Made by a program: the position numbers and the translations under genes. DNA of 64,000 bases from assembly GCA_030524345.1 (NCBI GenBank), contig JAUNGP010000008.1:1610-65609 (forward strand), given 5' to 3'. A model generated the notes under the pieces. That model worked only from the letters and a program-made list of their open reading frames with translations. It was not told where the DNA came from and searched no databases. Positions 36,314 to 45,498 of the stretch are shown here, piece after piece (positions within the stretch are counted from its first letter, which is position 1; every line of letters starts with the position of its first letter). The DNA comes from Clostridia bacterium. GTDB lineage: Bacteria > Bacillota > Clostridia > TANB77 > CAG-465.

Positions 36314-38428
36314 ATGGAAAAGAAGCCTAAAACAATAAGCGAGATGAATTATTTTAATTTTTCTTTTGAACCAGGAAAAGAAGAGGCAAAAAGAATCAGT
36401 ATCAATAATGGTTCACCTCTTATTAGTGTTATCACTGTATATAATGATCGAAGTAATGAAGAATATATGCTTCAAACAATGAGATCCTTAAAAAATCAAA
36501 CATTTCCATTTTGGGAATGGATTATCGTAACAAATAATAAAAATATAGTATTAAAGGAATATGCTAAAAAAGATAAAAGAATCAAGATCATCATTGAAGA
36601 ATATGATAATATATCTAAAGCAAAAATAACTGCTGTTAAGAGTTCTGTAACAGAGTTAATTTTTATGCTAGATGAGAATAATTTAATTGATAAGACAATG
36701 CTTGAATGTGGCTTTTTTGCCATGAAATTTAATGGAGAAGCTGTGTTTTCTTATTCCAGACTTGTAGACTTTGGAATCAAAGAGGCACTATATAATAAAA
36801 AATTAAGTATTTCTGAAGAAAAGAAAAAAAACATTATATCTTCAGGAGCCTTTATTAGAAAAGATAAATTTTTAGAAGTTGAAAATTATTCGAAGCTAAG
36901 TAATGATGTCTATGAGGACTGGTATATGTGGTTATATTTTTTATCAAAAAGCTATATCCCATTGAAAATGGGATTTTATGGGTTTTGGCATAGAAACGTA
37001 ACGAAATTAAAAAGATTAAAAAAAGATAGTGAAGCAGAAAAAGTTTTATTTGAAATGGCAGAAAAAGTTGACTTAAAAACAGAAATTATACAATTTGATG
37101 ATAGCTATGAAGTAAGCTATAAAAATGTTCCACAGAAAATAGATTTGAAAAGGAAACCCATTGTTTTAGATGATGGTACAAAAAGAGTGCTTTTTATATT
37201 ACCATGGTCAGTCGTTGGCGGAGCCGATATATTTAACTTAAATTTGATAAAGGGATTAAGAGGAAAGGGATATGAAATTAGTGTTATTACAACACAAAAA
37301 TGTGATTATGCCCTAAGACAGGGAATAGAGCAATATGTAGACGAATATTTTGATTTGACGAGTTTTTTAAAAAGAAAAGATTGGGCTTCTTTTATTGAAT
37401 ATATTATTAGGACAAGAAGAATCAATTTAGTATTTTTAAGTAATAGTTATTATGGATATTATGCACTTCCATGGCTAAAATGCCAATTTAAAGATATCCC
37501 ATTTGTAGATTATATTCATGCTGAAAATTGGACACTTAGAAATGGTGGATTTCCAAAAGATTCAAATGCAGTGGCAAATTATTTGGATAGTACATATACA
37601 TGCACCGCACATTTAAGAGAAGTAATGTATAAAACAATGAAAAGAAGTGTTAAAAATATAAAGCCTGTATATATTGGAACAGATGCTAGCTTTTTTGATC
37701 CAAATATTTCACTAGAAAAAGATGAGGAATTGAGTAACATGTATTCTGGAAAGAAAGTAATATTATTTCCAAGTAGAATTGTACATTATAAAAGACCATT
37801 ATTTGCAATTAACATCATGAAGAAGATATCTAAAATAAGAGATGACGTGAGGCTTGCAATAGTAGGAGATGGTGCAGCATTTGACGATGTGAAAAGGTAT
37901 ATTATTGATAATAATATGCAAGAGTATGTTACTTGTTTTGGCTTACAGCATGATGTCAGACCATTTTATAAAATTGCTGATGTTACATTAATTTGTTCGT
38001 TACGTGAGGGTCTTACTTTGACTACTTATGAATCTTTATCTATGGGGGTTCCTATTGTATCTTCTAATGTAGGAGGACAAAGTGAATTAATTGGAAATGA
38101 TTGTGGAATATTAGTAAAACCTTATCAGACCGCTGATGAACAATTTGATTTTAATTATTCAGAAGAAGAATTAGAAGAATATACACAAGCTATTTTAAAA
38201 GTATTAAATGAATTTGAAAAAGAAAAAGTAAAAGATGTTTGTAGGAATAAAATTATTAGTAAATTTACAATAGATAACATGGTTTCTACATTAGATAAGG
38301 AATTTACCAAAAATATAGAAAGTGGAAGTAGAATAAATAAAGAAGTATGTAAAAACATTGAACTTGCTGAGAGGTATTTATTAGTACATAGTGTTCTTGA
38401 AAGTAAAGACGAAAGGAAAAAATACTAA
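36314..38428 (+). CDS. bifunctional glycosyltransferase (N-terminal GT2 fused to C-terminal GT4/GT1-type domain)
   Basis: ISVITVYNDRS...SLKNQTF (GT2 start). Later GGADIFNLNLIKGL and EGLTLTTYESLSMGVPIVSSNVGGQSELI (GT4 E-x7-E region). Confidence 0.75.
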   Translation: MEKKPKTISEMNYFNFSFEPGKEEAKRISINNGSPLISVITVYNDRSNEEYMLQTMRSLKNQTFPFWEWIIVTNNKNIVLKEYAKKDKRIKIIIEEYDNISKAKITAVKSSVTELIFMLDENNLIDKTMLECGFFAMKFNGEAVFSYSRLVDFGIKEALYNKKLSISEEKKKNIISSGAFIRKDKFLEVENYSKLSNDVYEDWYMWLYFLSKSYIPLKMGFYGFWHRNVTKLKRLKKDSEAEKVLFEMAEKVDLKTEIIQFDDSYEVSYKNVPQKIDLKRKPIVLDDGTKRVLFILPWSVVGGADIFNLNLIKGLRGKGYEISVITTQKCDYALRQGIEQYVDEYFDLTSFLKRKDWASFIEYIIRTRRINLVFLSNSYYGYYALPWLKCQFKDIPFVDYIHAENWTLRNGGFPKDSNAVANYLDSTYTCTAHLREVMYKTMKRSVKNIKPVYIGTDASFFDPNISLEKDEELSNMYSGKKVILFPSRIVHYKRPLFAINIMKKISKIRDDVRLAIVGDGAAFDDVKRYIIDNNMQEYVTCFGLQHDVRPFYKIADVTLICSLREGLTLTTYESLSMGVPIVSSNVGGQSELIGNDCGILVKPYQTADEQFDFNYSEEELEEYTQAILKVLNEFEKEKVKDVCRNKIISKFTIDNMVSTLDKEFTKNIESGSRINKEVCKNIELAERYLLVHSVLESKDERKKY

Positions 38429-38429
38429 A

Positions 38430-39449
38430 ATGAGTGATTTGATTAGTGTAATAATCCCTATGTATAATACAGAATTATATATTGAAAAGACGCTTAATTG
38501 CTTAAGAAATCAGACATATCAAAATCTTCAAATTATTGTAGTAAACGATGGTTCTACTGATCATAGCCTAGAAATTGTTCGAGAAAGTGCCAAAAAAGAT
38601 GATAGAATTGAGATTATAAATACCAAGAACTGTGGAGTTAGTGCCGCTAGAAATATTGGTCTTGAAAATGTAAGAGGAGAATATATTATTTTTTTAGATT
38701 CAGATGATTATATTGAGCCTGATATGTATGAAAAAATGCTTGCAAAAATAAAAGAAAAAAATGTAGATATGGTAAGATGTAATTTCGTATTAGAAGATAT
38801 AGGAGGAAACAAAATAAAGACGGGAAATATGTATGATCTTTCTAATAGGACTTTAAATAATGAAGAGATAAGAAAGATTTTACTACCATATATTTTCGAT
38901 AATAAGATCGAGATGTATACACCGTTGATTTTGGTAAAGACAGATATTATCAAGAGAGTGAGTAAGTTTCATTCTAATATACACATGATGGAAGACCTAC
39001 TATTTTGTTTAGAACTATTTTTAAATATTGATACAGTTTATTTTTTCGATATAGAACTGTATCATTATGTGTATCATTCATCAAGTAGCAGTAAATCTAG
39101 AAAAAGACTGATTATGAATTTTCATGATACTTTAAAAGTTGTAGAACTAGTAGAAAAAATAATAAAAGATTATAATATTAATGAAAGCATATTAGAAAAG
39201 GTATACCATGTCTATTCTACTATGATTATAAAATATACACTTCGTACATTTCAAAAAGATGATGAATTTAAACTATCTTATAGCCAGATGAAGGATCTTG
39301 TCTCTAGTGATGAAGTACACAGAATTATAGAAAATGTGAACTTTTTGAGAGATAATATATATATCAAAACGTCTGGTGAATTCATAAAACATCATGACTA
39401 TCAAAAGTTGTATCAATATGCAGAAAGCATAAAAGACATTCCAATATAG
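38430..39449 (+). CDS. family 2 glycosyltransferase
   Basis: ISVIIPMYN...NQTYQNLQIIVVNDGSTD...FLDSDD motifs. ATG 38430 lies 1 nt after the upstream stop. Confidence 0.85.
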   Translation: MSDLISVIIPMYNTELYIEKTLNCLRNQTYQNLQIIVVNDGSTDHSLEIVRESAKKDDRIEIINTKNCGVSAARNIGLENVRGEYIIFLDSDDYIEPDMYEKMLAKIKEKNVDMVRCNFVLEDIGGNKIKTGNMYDLSNRTLNNEEIRKILLPYIFDNKIEMYTPLILVKTDIIKRVSKFHSNIHMMEDLLFCLELFLNIDTVYFFDIELYHYVYHSSSSSKSRKRLIMNFHDTLKVVELVEKIIKDYNINESILEKVYHVYSTMIIKYTLRTFQKDDEFKLSYSQMKDLVSSDEVHRIIENVNFLRDNIYIKTSGEFIKHHDYQKLYQYAESIKDIPI

Positions 39450-39479
39450 ATAAAAACAAGTATATGATTTGATAAAATA

Positions 39480-40262
39480 TCATATACTTGTTTTCTTTTT
39501 TTCTTTTCTTTTCTGTTTTAATTGTTGTTGATATTTATGAATATCTAATTTGAATTCTTGCAACTGAACATTTAAATTTTTAAAGTCTAGATTTGGGAAA
39601 GCCTCCAAAAATCTCTTTCCGATACTGGATCTTTTAATTAGTAATTTTTGTCTAAATTCAGTTAGTTCTTTATATAATGCAAATTCAGATAATTTTCCAT
39701 TACTATTTTCTTTTAATTTTTCAGCTATTTCATTTAAAGCTTTTAGTTTTTCCTTAAAGTTGAATAAACTATTTAAAGTGGCGGTTAAATCTACAGAAAG
39801 TATTACTAGTATCATAATGTCTAATATATAAATAACATTCTGAGGAATAAGAAGTACAAGCTTTTCTATATTTGGATGAATGAAATAGGTTAATAATAAT
39901 CCAAGCAGCCCAAATTCTATGGAATTGAGAAGACAAACTCTGCCATTAATATTAAATCGATAGGTACTATAATCCCACCACTTAGCATTAAATAGTTTTT
40001 CCATTAATAAACTAGTGATATATTCTAAAGTTGTTGTAAAAATCATTCCTAGTAAAAATATCATTAGGCAATTATCAGCAAATGGTGAAAGTAGTAAGAT
40101 TACAATGAGTCCACCAAATCCATAAATAGGACAGTATGGCCCAAAAAAGAATCCACGTGATGACCATTTACCATCACACAGTCTACAGTAGATCATTTCG
40201 GCGCACCAACCTATGATACTATATATAAAAAAGTATAAAAAATATAGGCTTAAAGTCTCCAT
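39480..40262 (-). CDS. multipass membrane protein, PF06541/DUF1113-like (paralog type 1) with C-terminal coiled-coil tail
   Basis: GWCAEMIY, FFGPYCPIYGFGG, EKLFNAKWWDYSTYRFNINGRVCL. GGTGA SD. Confidence 0.6.
   Translation of the reverse strand: METLSLYFLYFFIYSIIGWCAEMIYCRLCDGKWSSRGFFFGPYCPIYGFGGLIVILLLSPFADNCLMIFLLGMIFTTTLEYITSLLMEKLFNAKWWDYSTYRFNINGRVCLLNSIEFGLLGLLLTYFIHPNIEKLVLLIPQNVIYILDIMILVILSVDLTATLNSLFNFKEKLKALNEIAEKLKENSNGKLSEFALYKELTEFRQKLLIKRSSIGKRFLEAFPNLDFKNLNVQLQEFKLDIHKYQQQLKQKRKEKKKTSI
39933..39980 (-). repeat. 48-nt perfect inverted repeat, copy A (inside CDS 39480..40262)
   Basis: The reverse complement equals 40662-40709 exactly (TGGTGGGATTATAGTACCTATCGATTTAATATTAATGGCAGAGTTTGT). 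Encodes WWDYSTYRFNINGRVC starting at codon phase 0. Confidence 0.9.
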
Positions 40263-40376
40263 TTTATCACCAATTTTATTATATCATAATTTAATGATAA
40301 GTCAAACCAATATGTAATTGACAAAATTTGATAAAAAGTGTAATATATTATTATCTCAATAGAAGGAGAGGAGATT

Positions 40377-41057
40377 ATGATATATAGTATTCAGATATAT
40401 TTTATGTTATATATAATATATTCAGTTTGTGGTTGGATACTAGAAGTAACTTGTAAATTTTTCCAGTATAAGAGATTTATTAATAGAGGTTTTCTATTAG
40501 GACCATACTGTCCTATTTATGGTACAGGAGCAATTGTTATGACATTACTTCTACAAAAATATATAGATGATCCTGTGACACTTTTTATCATGGCTATGCT
40601 GATCTGTTCTATATTAGAATATGCTACAAGTTATTTTATGGAGAAAATATTTAAAGCCAGATGGTGGGATTATAGTACCTATCGATTTAATATTAATGGC
40701 AGAGTTTGTTTAGAAACTACAATACCATTTGGAATATTTGGCTTTATTATCATGTATGTAACGAATCCATTCATTCTAAAATATCTTTATTTAATTCCAA
40801 GTGTTGCTTTAAATATTCTTACTATTGTGATTGCACTTCTATTTATTATAGATAATATCATTTCATTTAAAGTCATGTTTGGAGTAAGAGGAGTGACAAA
40901 GGAATTTAACCAAAATATTAAAGATAATACAGAAGAGATAACTACTAGGGTAAAAGAGATACTTAAGAATCAATCATTTCTTAGTAAAAGACTTATTGGT
41001 GCTTTCCCAGGATTTGAAAGTGTCAAGAGTAAAATAAAGGAGAAAAAAAGTAGGTAA
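40377..41057 (+). CDS. multipass membrane protein, PF06541/DUF1113-like (paralog type 1)
   Basis: GWILEVTC, LLGPYCPIYGTGA, EKIFKARWWDYSTYRFNINGRVCL. GAAGGAGAGGAG SD. Confidence 0.6.
   Translation: MIYSIQIYFMLYIIYSVCGWILEVTCKFFQYKRFINRGFLLGPYCPIYGTGAIVMTLLLQKYIDDPVTLFIMAMLICSILEYATSYFMEKIFKARWWDYSTYRFNINGRVCLETTIPFGIFGFIIMYVTNPFILKYLYLIPSVALNILTIVIALLFIIDNIISFKVMFGVRGVTKEFNQNIKDNTEEITTRVKEILKNQSFLSKRLIGAFPGFESVKSKIKEKKSR
40662..40709 (+). repeat. 48-nt perfect inverted repeat, copy B (inside CDS 40377..41057)
   Basis: Identical to the reverse complement of 39933-39980, with the same codon phase (starts at codon 96; copy A starts at codon 95). Confidence 0.9.
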
Positions 41058-41061
41058 TTTT

Positions 41062-41727
41062 ATGGATGATGATAATAATAGTGTAAATCAAGTGTTTGCT
41101 AAAGGATTTAACTTTTATAAAGTGTTTTGGATTTTTATGCTAGGCTGTTTTTTAGGCGATGTTCATGAAGTAGCATTACATTTTTTGAAGCATGGCGAAT
41201 TTGTTGTTAGACGTGGTGTTATATATGGACCTCTTAATCCGGTATATGGGTTTGGTGCTGCGCTCTTTTTTATAGCAATGTATAGAATGAAAAATAGTAC
41301 ACATATTTTTTTAATTGGTGGAATCATTGGAGGTACCTTTGAATATTTATGTTCTTTTATACAGGAGCATGTATTTGGAACAATCTCTTGGGATTATAGT
41401 AATTATTTTTTAAATATAGAAGGAAGAACCAGTATATTTCATATTATTTGTTGGGGACTTCTTGCGATACTTTTTGTAAAATATGTTATGCCCTTTGCTG
41501 AAAGGACAATTGAAAAATTACCAAAAAAGTTTGGTACCGTATTTACATGGTGTGTTGTAGTGTTTATGATTTTTGATATGGCTATTTCTGCGATAGCTTC
41601 AAGAAGGCAATTTGAAAGACATGAAGGCTACTTACCAAGAAATTATTTTGAGCAAAAAATAGATGAGATCTATACAGACGAGAGATTAAAAATGGTATAT
41701 CAAAATACAATGGAAGTAAAAAAATAG
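41062..41727 (+). CDS. multipass membrane protein, PF06541/DUF1113-like (paralog type 2)
   Basis: FNFYKVFWIF, YGPLNPVYGFGA, GTISWDYS. Starts 4 nt after the previous stop. Confidence 0.55.
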   Translation: MDDDNNSVNQVFAKGFNFYKVFWIFMLGCFLGDVHEVALHFLKHGEFVVRRGVIYGPLNPVYGFGAALFFIAMYRMKNSTHIFLIGGIIGGTFEYLCSFIQEHVFGTISWDYSNYFLNIEGRTSIFHIICWGLLAILFVKYVMPFAERTIEKLPKKFGTVFTWCVVVFMIFDMAISAIASRRQFERHEGYLPRNYFEQKIDEIYTDERLKMVYQNTMEVKK

Positions 41728-41857
41728 GATTTTTTGACTATTTTTGGGAAATATGTTGAATAAAATTTCAATCATAATATAATGATAGTGTAATTCATTT
41801 TACTATATAAAAATATATCACATTTTAGAAAATATTATTTTCTAATCACCAAAGAAG

Positions 41858-41888
41858 GGTACATATATTCATATATGTATCTTTTCTT
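41858..41888 (+). terminator. intrinsic terminator
   Basis: GGTACATATAT (41858-41868) pairs with ATATATGTATC (41871-41881), followed by TTTTCTT. Confidence 0.5.
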
Positions 41889-41903
41889 GTAGTTTCAATA
41901 TGA

Positions 41904-41932
41904 TTGAAACTTCATTAATCATATAGTATAAT
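41904..41932 (+). promoter_or_regulatory. sigma-A promoter
   Basis: TTGAAA (41904-41909), 17 nt, TATAAT (41927-41932). Confidence 0.6.
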
Positions 41933-41959
41933 GATTCATAAAATAAGGGGGATATGCAA

Positions 41960-42313
41960 ATGTCAAAAAATGATGCGTTTTGGAATTTAATTGATCAAAT
42001 GGTAGAAAGCTCTCAAATTGTGATTGATAGAGAGAAAGGAACAAGTCATCCTAAATATCCAGAAACTATATATGAAGTTGATTATGGATATTTGAAAAAC
42101 ACTACTTCTATGGATGGCGCGGGGATTGATGTTTGGAGAGGAACTGCTAATACAGGACGAGTAAATGCAGTTATATGTATAGTAGACTTATTAAAAAGAG
42201 ATTCTGAAATTAAGCTTTTAATTGGTTGTACAGAAGAAGAAAAAGAAAAAATTGAAAAATTTCATAACAGGTATGAGAATATGAAAGGAATTTTGATTAA
42301 TAGAGAAGAATAA
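41960..42313 (+). CDS. small pyrophosphatase-like protein (degenerate family I PPase motif, tentative)
   Basis: VDYGYLKNTTSMDGAGIDVW resembles DYGFIPxTxxxDGDPLDV. ATG 41960 lies 7 nt after GGGGGA. Confidence 0.4.
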   Translation: MSKNDAFWNLIDQMVESSQIVIDREKGTSHPKYPETIYEVDYGYLKNTTSMDGAGIDVWRGTANTGRVNAVICIVDLLKRDSEIKLLIGCTEEEKEKIEKFHNRYENMKGILINREE

Positions 42314-42320
42314 CTAGTAA

Positions 42321-42353
42321 AAGAGTGTACTTTGAAATTTAAAGTACACTCTT
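42321..42353. terminator. bidirectional intrinsic terminator
   Basis: AAGAGTGTACTTT (42321-42333) pairs with AAAGTACACTCTT (42341-42353). Confidence 0.7.
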
Positions 42354-42356
42354 TGA

Positions 42357-43073
42357 TTATGTAGAATATACAGTTACATGATACTGACTGCAAAACTTAA
42401 CAAAATCTTTTCTAACGAAACTATGAAACTTTTCTTTGTTGTAATCCTCATATTCAAATTCTTTATAAATTTTGACATGATGAAGTTTAAGGTAATCTTC
42501 ATATTTAAAATGTTGTCTCATATTTGTATCATATACTTCATCATCTTTATGTATGATTGCATGCGCAACTCCATGGGGATGATTTGGTTCATATATAATA
42601 CAATAGATAATGGTTGCATTTGAAAGTAATAATGCTAAGTCACGACAATAACTATAACAATACCCACAGCTTTCGTCACATTTAGCAGCTTTGTACAATT
42701 CTTTATCTTTTCGTTTAATATTTTTCCAATCTGCTTTTGTGATAACCTTTCCTACTGGTGGAATCAGTAAAGCAATGAGAAAATTTTGAAGATACATTCC
42801 TCTGACTTGGAATTTTGTTCTTAAAATTCCAAAATATTTAATCTCCTTTATTAATTCCAATATTTCCAATGCTAAAATAATATAAGATAAGGTAATCAGT
42901 AAATATTGATATTTCTTGATTATAAGAGATAGGATAGCGAAAAATAATATTAAAATGAGCCGTCTGAATACCACGAATAAAGATATGAAAATTCTTTTGT
43001 GAAAATAGGCATAATATATTTCAAATATCTCATTATTTAGGTTTAAACTTTGATTGATTAATTTTCGTAACAT
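42357..43073 (-). CDS. membrane protein with C-terminal transglutaminase/papain-like Cys-His-Asp domain (tentative)
   Basis: Three TM helices, then CGYCYSYCRDLALLL...HGVAHAIIHKDDEVYDTN (C...H...D spacing as in transglutaminase-like peptidases). ATG 43073 lies 5 nt after GGAGG. Confidence 0.45.
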   Translation of the reverse strand: MLRKLINQSLNLNNEIFEIYYAYFHKRIFISLFVVFRRLILILFFAILSLIIKKYQYLLITLSYIILALEILELIKEIKYFGILRTKFQVRGMYLQNFLIALLIPPVGKVITKADWKNIKRKDKELYKAAKCDESCGYCYSYCRDLALLLSNATIIYCIIYEPNHPHGVAHAIIHKDDEVYDTNMRQHFKYEDYLKLHHVKIYKEFEYEDYNKEKFHSFVRKDFVKFCSQYHVTVYST

Positions 43074-43240
43074 AAAATCCTCCATATATAGTTAATATGA
43101 TATATATAATTGATACATAGATATTTTAGCATAAATATTAATGAAAATCAATAATTATATTTACATAAATAAAATAAGTGCGTTAATATTTTATATACAA
43201 ATTGTATCTGAATTTCATATACTATCATAGGAGGTGAAAT

Positions 43241-43897
43241 ATGAAAATTTTAGTATATAATAACGATACAAATAGAATGGAGACATACAATAGAGAACTG
43301 AATGATCCAATGCCTTATTCCAAAGATAAATATTTATCAGTAAGAGAATTTAGGGGTTCTTCAAAATCTGATGTGCTTTGGACAGATAAAAGAACAATGG
43401 AAGCTTTTAACAGATTAAGAGAATTATATGGTTCACCTATTCATGTTGGTTATGCTTTTAAAAGGATAGGAGAAGGTGGACATTCTAATATGTCACAGCA
43501 TTATGCTGGAACAGCTCTAGATATAGGGCAGACAATGAGTAGTGCAGATCGTGATAGAATAAGAAGCATTGCTATCAATAATAAAATCTTTACATATGTT
43601 GAACCTAAATATTTAACACCTACATGGGTTCATGTAGATAAAAGAAATCCGAATCCAGCTTGTTCAACCGGTGGATATCCTTTAATAAAACAGGGATCAA
43701 AAGGTGTATATGTTGCAGTATTACAGGATGCATTAAATACACTTGGATATAATGCTGGAGCAATTGATGGAGTATTTGGTAATAATACAAGAAATGCTGT
43801 TATCAGATATCAAAGAGCCAGGGGCCTTAGTCAAGATGGAATAGTTGGTTGTAATACATGGCGAACTTTGACAACACAAGTCGCAAATAGTAGATAA
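43241..43897 (+). CDS. peptidase M15-type cell wall hydrolase with PG_binding_1 domain
   Basis: GGHSNMSQHYAGTALDIG...WVHVD (H-x-D...H zinc motif) and C-terminal GSKGVYVAVLQDALNTLGY...DGVFGNNTRNAVIRYQRARGL. Confidence 0.7.
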   Translation: MKILVYNNDTNRMETYNRELNDPMPYSKDKYLSVREFRGSSKSDVLWTDKRTMEAFNRLRELYGSPIHVGYAFKRIGEGGHSNMSQHYAGTALDIGQTMSSADRDRIRSIAINNKIFTYVEPKYLTPTWVHVDKRNPNPACSTGGYPLIKQGSKGVYVAVLQDALNTLGYNAGAIDGVFGNNTRNAVIRYQRARGLSQDGIVGCNTWRTLTTQVANSR

Positions 43898-43909
43898 TGA
43901 TAATTTTAT

Positions 43910-43937
43910 TTGACTTTTGGGATAGGTGTGATATAAT
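43910..43937 (+). promoter_or_regulatory. sigma-A promoter
   Basis: TTGACT (43910-43915), 16 nt, TATAAT (43932-43937). Confidence 0.5.
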
Positions 43938-43996
43938 AACTGCGGTAAAAATATGAAAATACTAAAATTAAAGTATTTGGAAAGGATGATTAGCAA

Positions 43997-45385
43997 ATGA
44001 ATAAAAAATATGATGTTGCAATTATTGGAGCTGGAATTTCTGGTATTTGTACAGCGTATGAATTGGTAGAAAAACGGCCTGATTTAAAGATCGTTATGCT
44101 GGAACAGGGAAATGATATCAATGAGAGAATTTGTCCAATTATTGCCAACAAAACAGAAAAGTGCATTAAATGTAAGAAATGCAGTATTATGAAAGGTTTT
44201 GGTGGTGCCGGTAGCTTCTCAGATGGAAAGTATAACCTGACAACAGAATTTGGCGGTTGGCTAAATCGGTACATTTCGGATGAGAAAGTTATGGAGTTAA
44301 TTGAGTATGTTGATCGTATTAATGTAAAATTTGGTGCTTGTGAAGAAATGTATTCAACGGACACCCCTGTTGCAAGAAGCATTGAGAAAAAAGCAATTGA
44401 AAATGATCTGCATTTGTTACACGCTAGAGTAAAGCATCTTGGAACTGAAAATAATTTTAATATTCTAAAAGCAATGAATCAATATTTAAAAGGAAAGATT
44501 GAGCTAAGATGTGGAGTAAAAGCACTAGATATTGTAAGTAAAGAAGATGGTTATAGCATTATTTTGGATGATTCAACGATGGTTGATACTAAATTTTTAG
44601 TAGCAGCCCCCGGTAGAGCTGGGGCAGAATGGTTTAGTGATACTTGCAAAAAAATGAATATTTCCCTGATTAACAATCAGGTAGATATTGGCGTAAGAGT
44701 AGAAGTACCTGCAATTATTCTTGAAGATATTACTTCTAACATTTATGAGGCAAAAATTAAGTATAGAACCAAATGTTATGGGAATATTGTTAGAACATTT
44801 TGCATGAATCCTTATGGGCACGTTGTTACAGAGAATGTAGATGGTGTTATTACTGTAAATGGTCATAGCTATTCTGACAAAGCACTTGGAAGTAGTAACA
44901 CAAACTTTGCCTTACTGGTAAGTGCCGAGTTTACAGAACCTTTCAATGATCCTTATCAGTATGGGAAACGGGTTGCATCCTTTTCTAATCTTCTTGGTAA
45001 TGGTATTATTGTACAAAGATTTGGTGATTTGATTAATGGAAGACGAACTAACAAAAAAAGGCTTGAAAAAAGTTTTGTAAGACCTACACTTACTTCTGCA
45101 GAGCCCGGGGATCTTAGTTATGTACTTCCTAAGCGACCACTTGATAGCATTATTGAAATGATTTATGCACTTGATAAATTGTTTCCAGGAATTGCTAATG
45201 AAGATACTTTACTATATGGAGTGGAAGTGAAATTTTATAGTGCAAGACCTGAACTTTCGAATTGCTTGGAAACGAAGTATCAAAACTTTTTTGCAATTGG
45301 TGATGGAGCAGGTGTTACAAGAGGACTTGCACAAGCTGGAGCAAGCGGAATTCTTGTTGCAAGAGAAATATTGCGAAGAATTTGA
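43997..45385 (+). CDS. FAD-dependent oxidoreductase (COG2509-like uncharacterised dehydrogenase)
   Basis: Dinucleotide-binding motif YDVAIIGAGISGICTAYEL and C-terminal FAIGDGAGVTRGL. Confidence 0.7.
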   Translation: MNKKYDVAIIGAGISGICTAYELVEKRPDLKIVMLEQGNDINERICPIIANKTEKCIKCKKCSIMKGFGGAGSFSDGKYNLTTEFGGWLNRYISDEKVMELIEYVDRINVKFGACEEMYSTDTPVARSIEKKAIENDLHLLHARVKHLGTENNFNILKAMNQYLKGKIELRCGVKALDIVSKEDGYSIILDDSTMVDTKFLVAAPGRAGAEWFSDTCKKMNISLINNQVDIGVRVEVPAIILEDITSNIYEAKIKYRTKCYGNIVRTFCMNPYGHVVTENVDGVITVNGHSYSDKALGSSNTNFALLVSAEFTEPFNDPYQYGKRVASFSNLLGNGIIVQRFGDLINGRRTNKKRLEKSFVRPTLTSAEPGDLSYVLPKRPLDSIIEMIYALDKLFPGIANEDTLLYGVEVKFYSARPELSNCLETKYQNFFAIGDGAGVTRGLAQAGASGILVAREILRRI

Positions 45386-45390
45386 AAATG

Positions 45391-45417
45391 AAGATACCCT
45401 AGACTTTAGGGTATCTT
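45391..45417 (+). terminator. intrinsic terminator
   Basis: AAGATACCCTA (45391-45401) pairs with TAGGGTATCTT (45407-45417), followed by TGTTG. Confidence 0.65.
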
Positions 45418-45419
45418 TG

Positions 45420-45448
45420 TTGTAATTTATGTAAATTTATGGTATAAT
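45420..45448 (+). promoter_or_regulatory. sigma-A promoter with extended -10
   Basis: TTGTAA (45420-45425), 17 nt, TGgTATAAT ending at 45448. Confidence 0.55.
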
Positions 45449-45498
45449 ATATTTTGTAATTTATATAAAAAATTCTATCTAATGAAAGGAATTGTGAA

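Noticed and set aside
43990-44866. Minus-strand ORFs 43990..44382 and 44597..44866.
   Set aside because: They are antisense to the FAD-dependent oxidoreductase gene, which has a clear dinucleotide-binding motif. They have no SD and no motifs.
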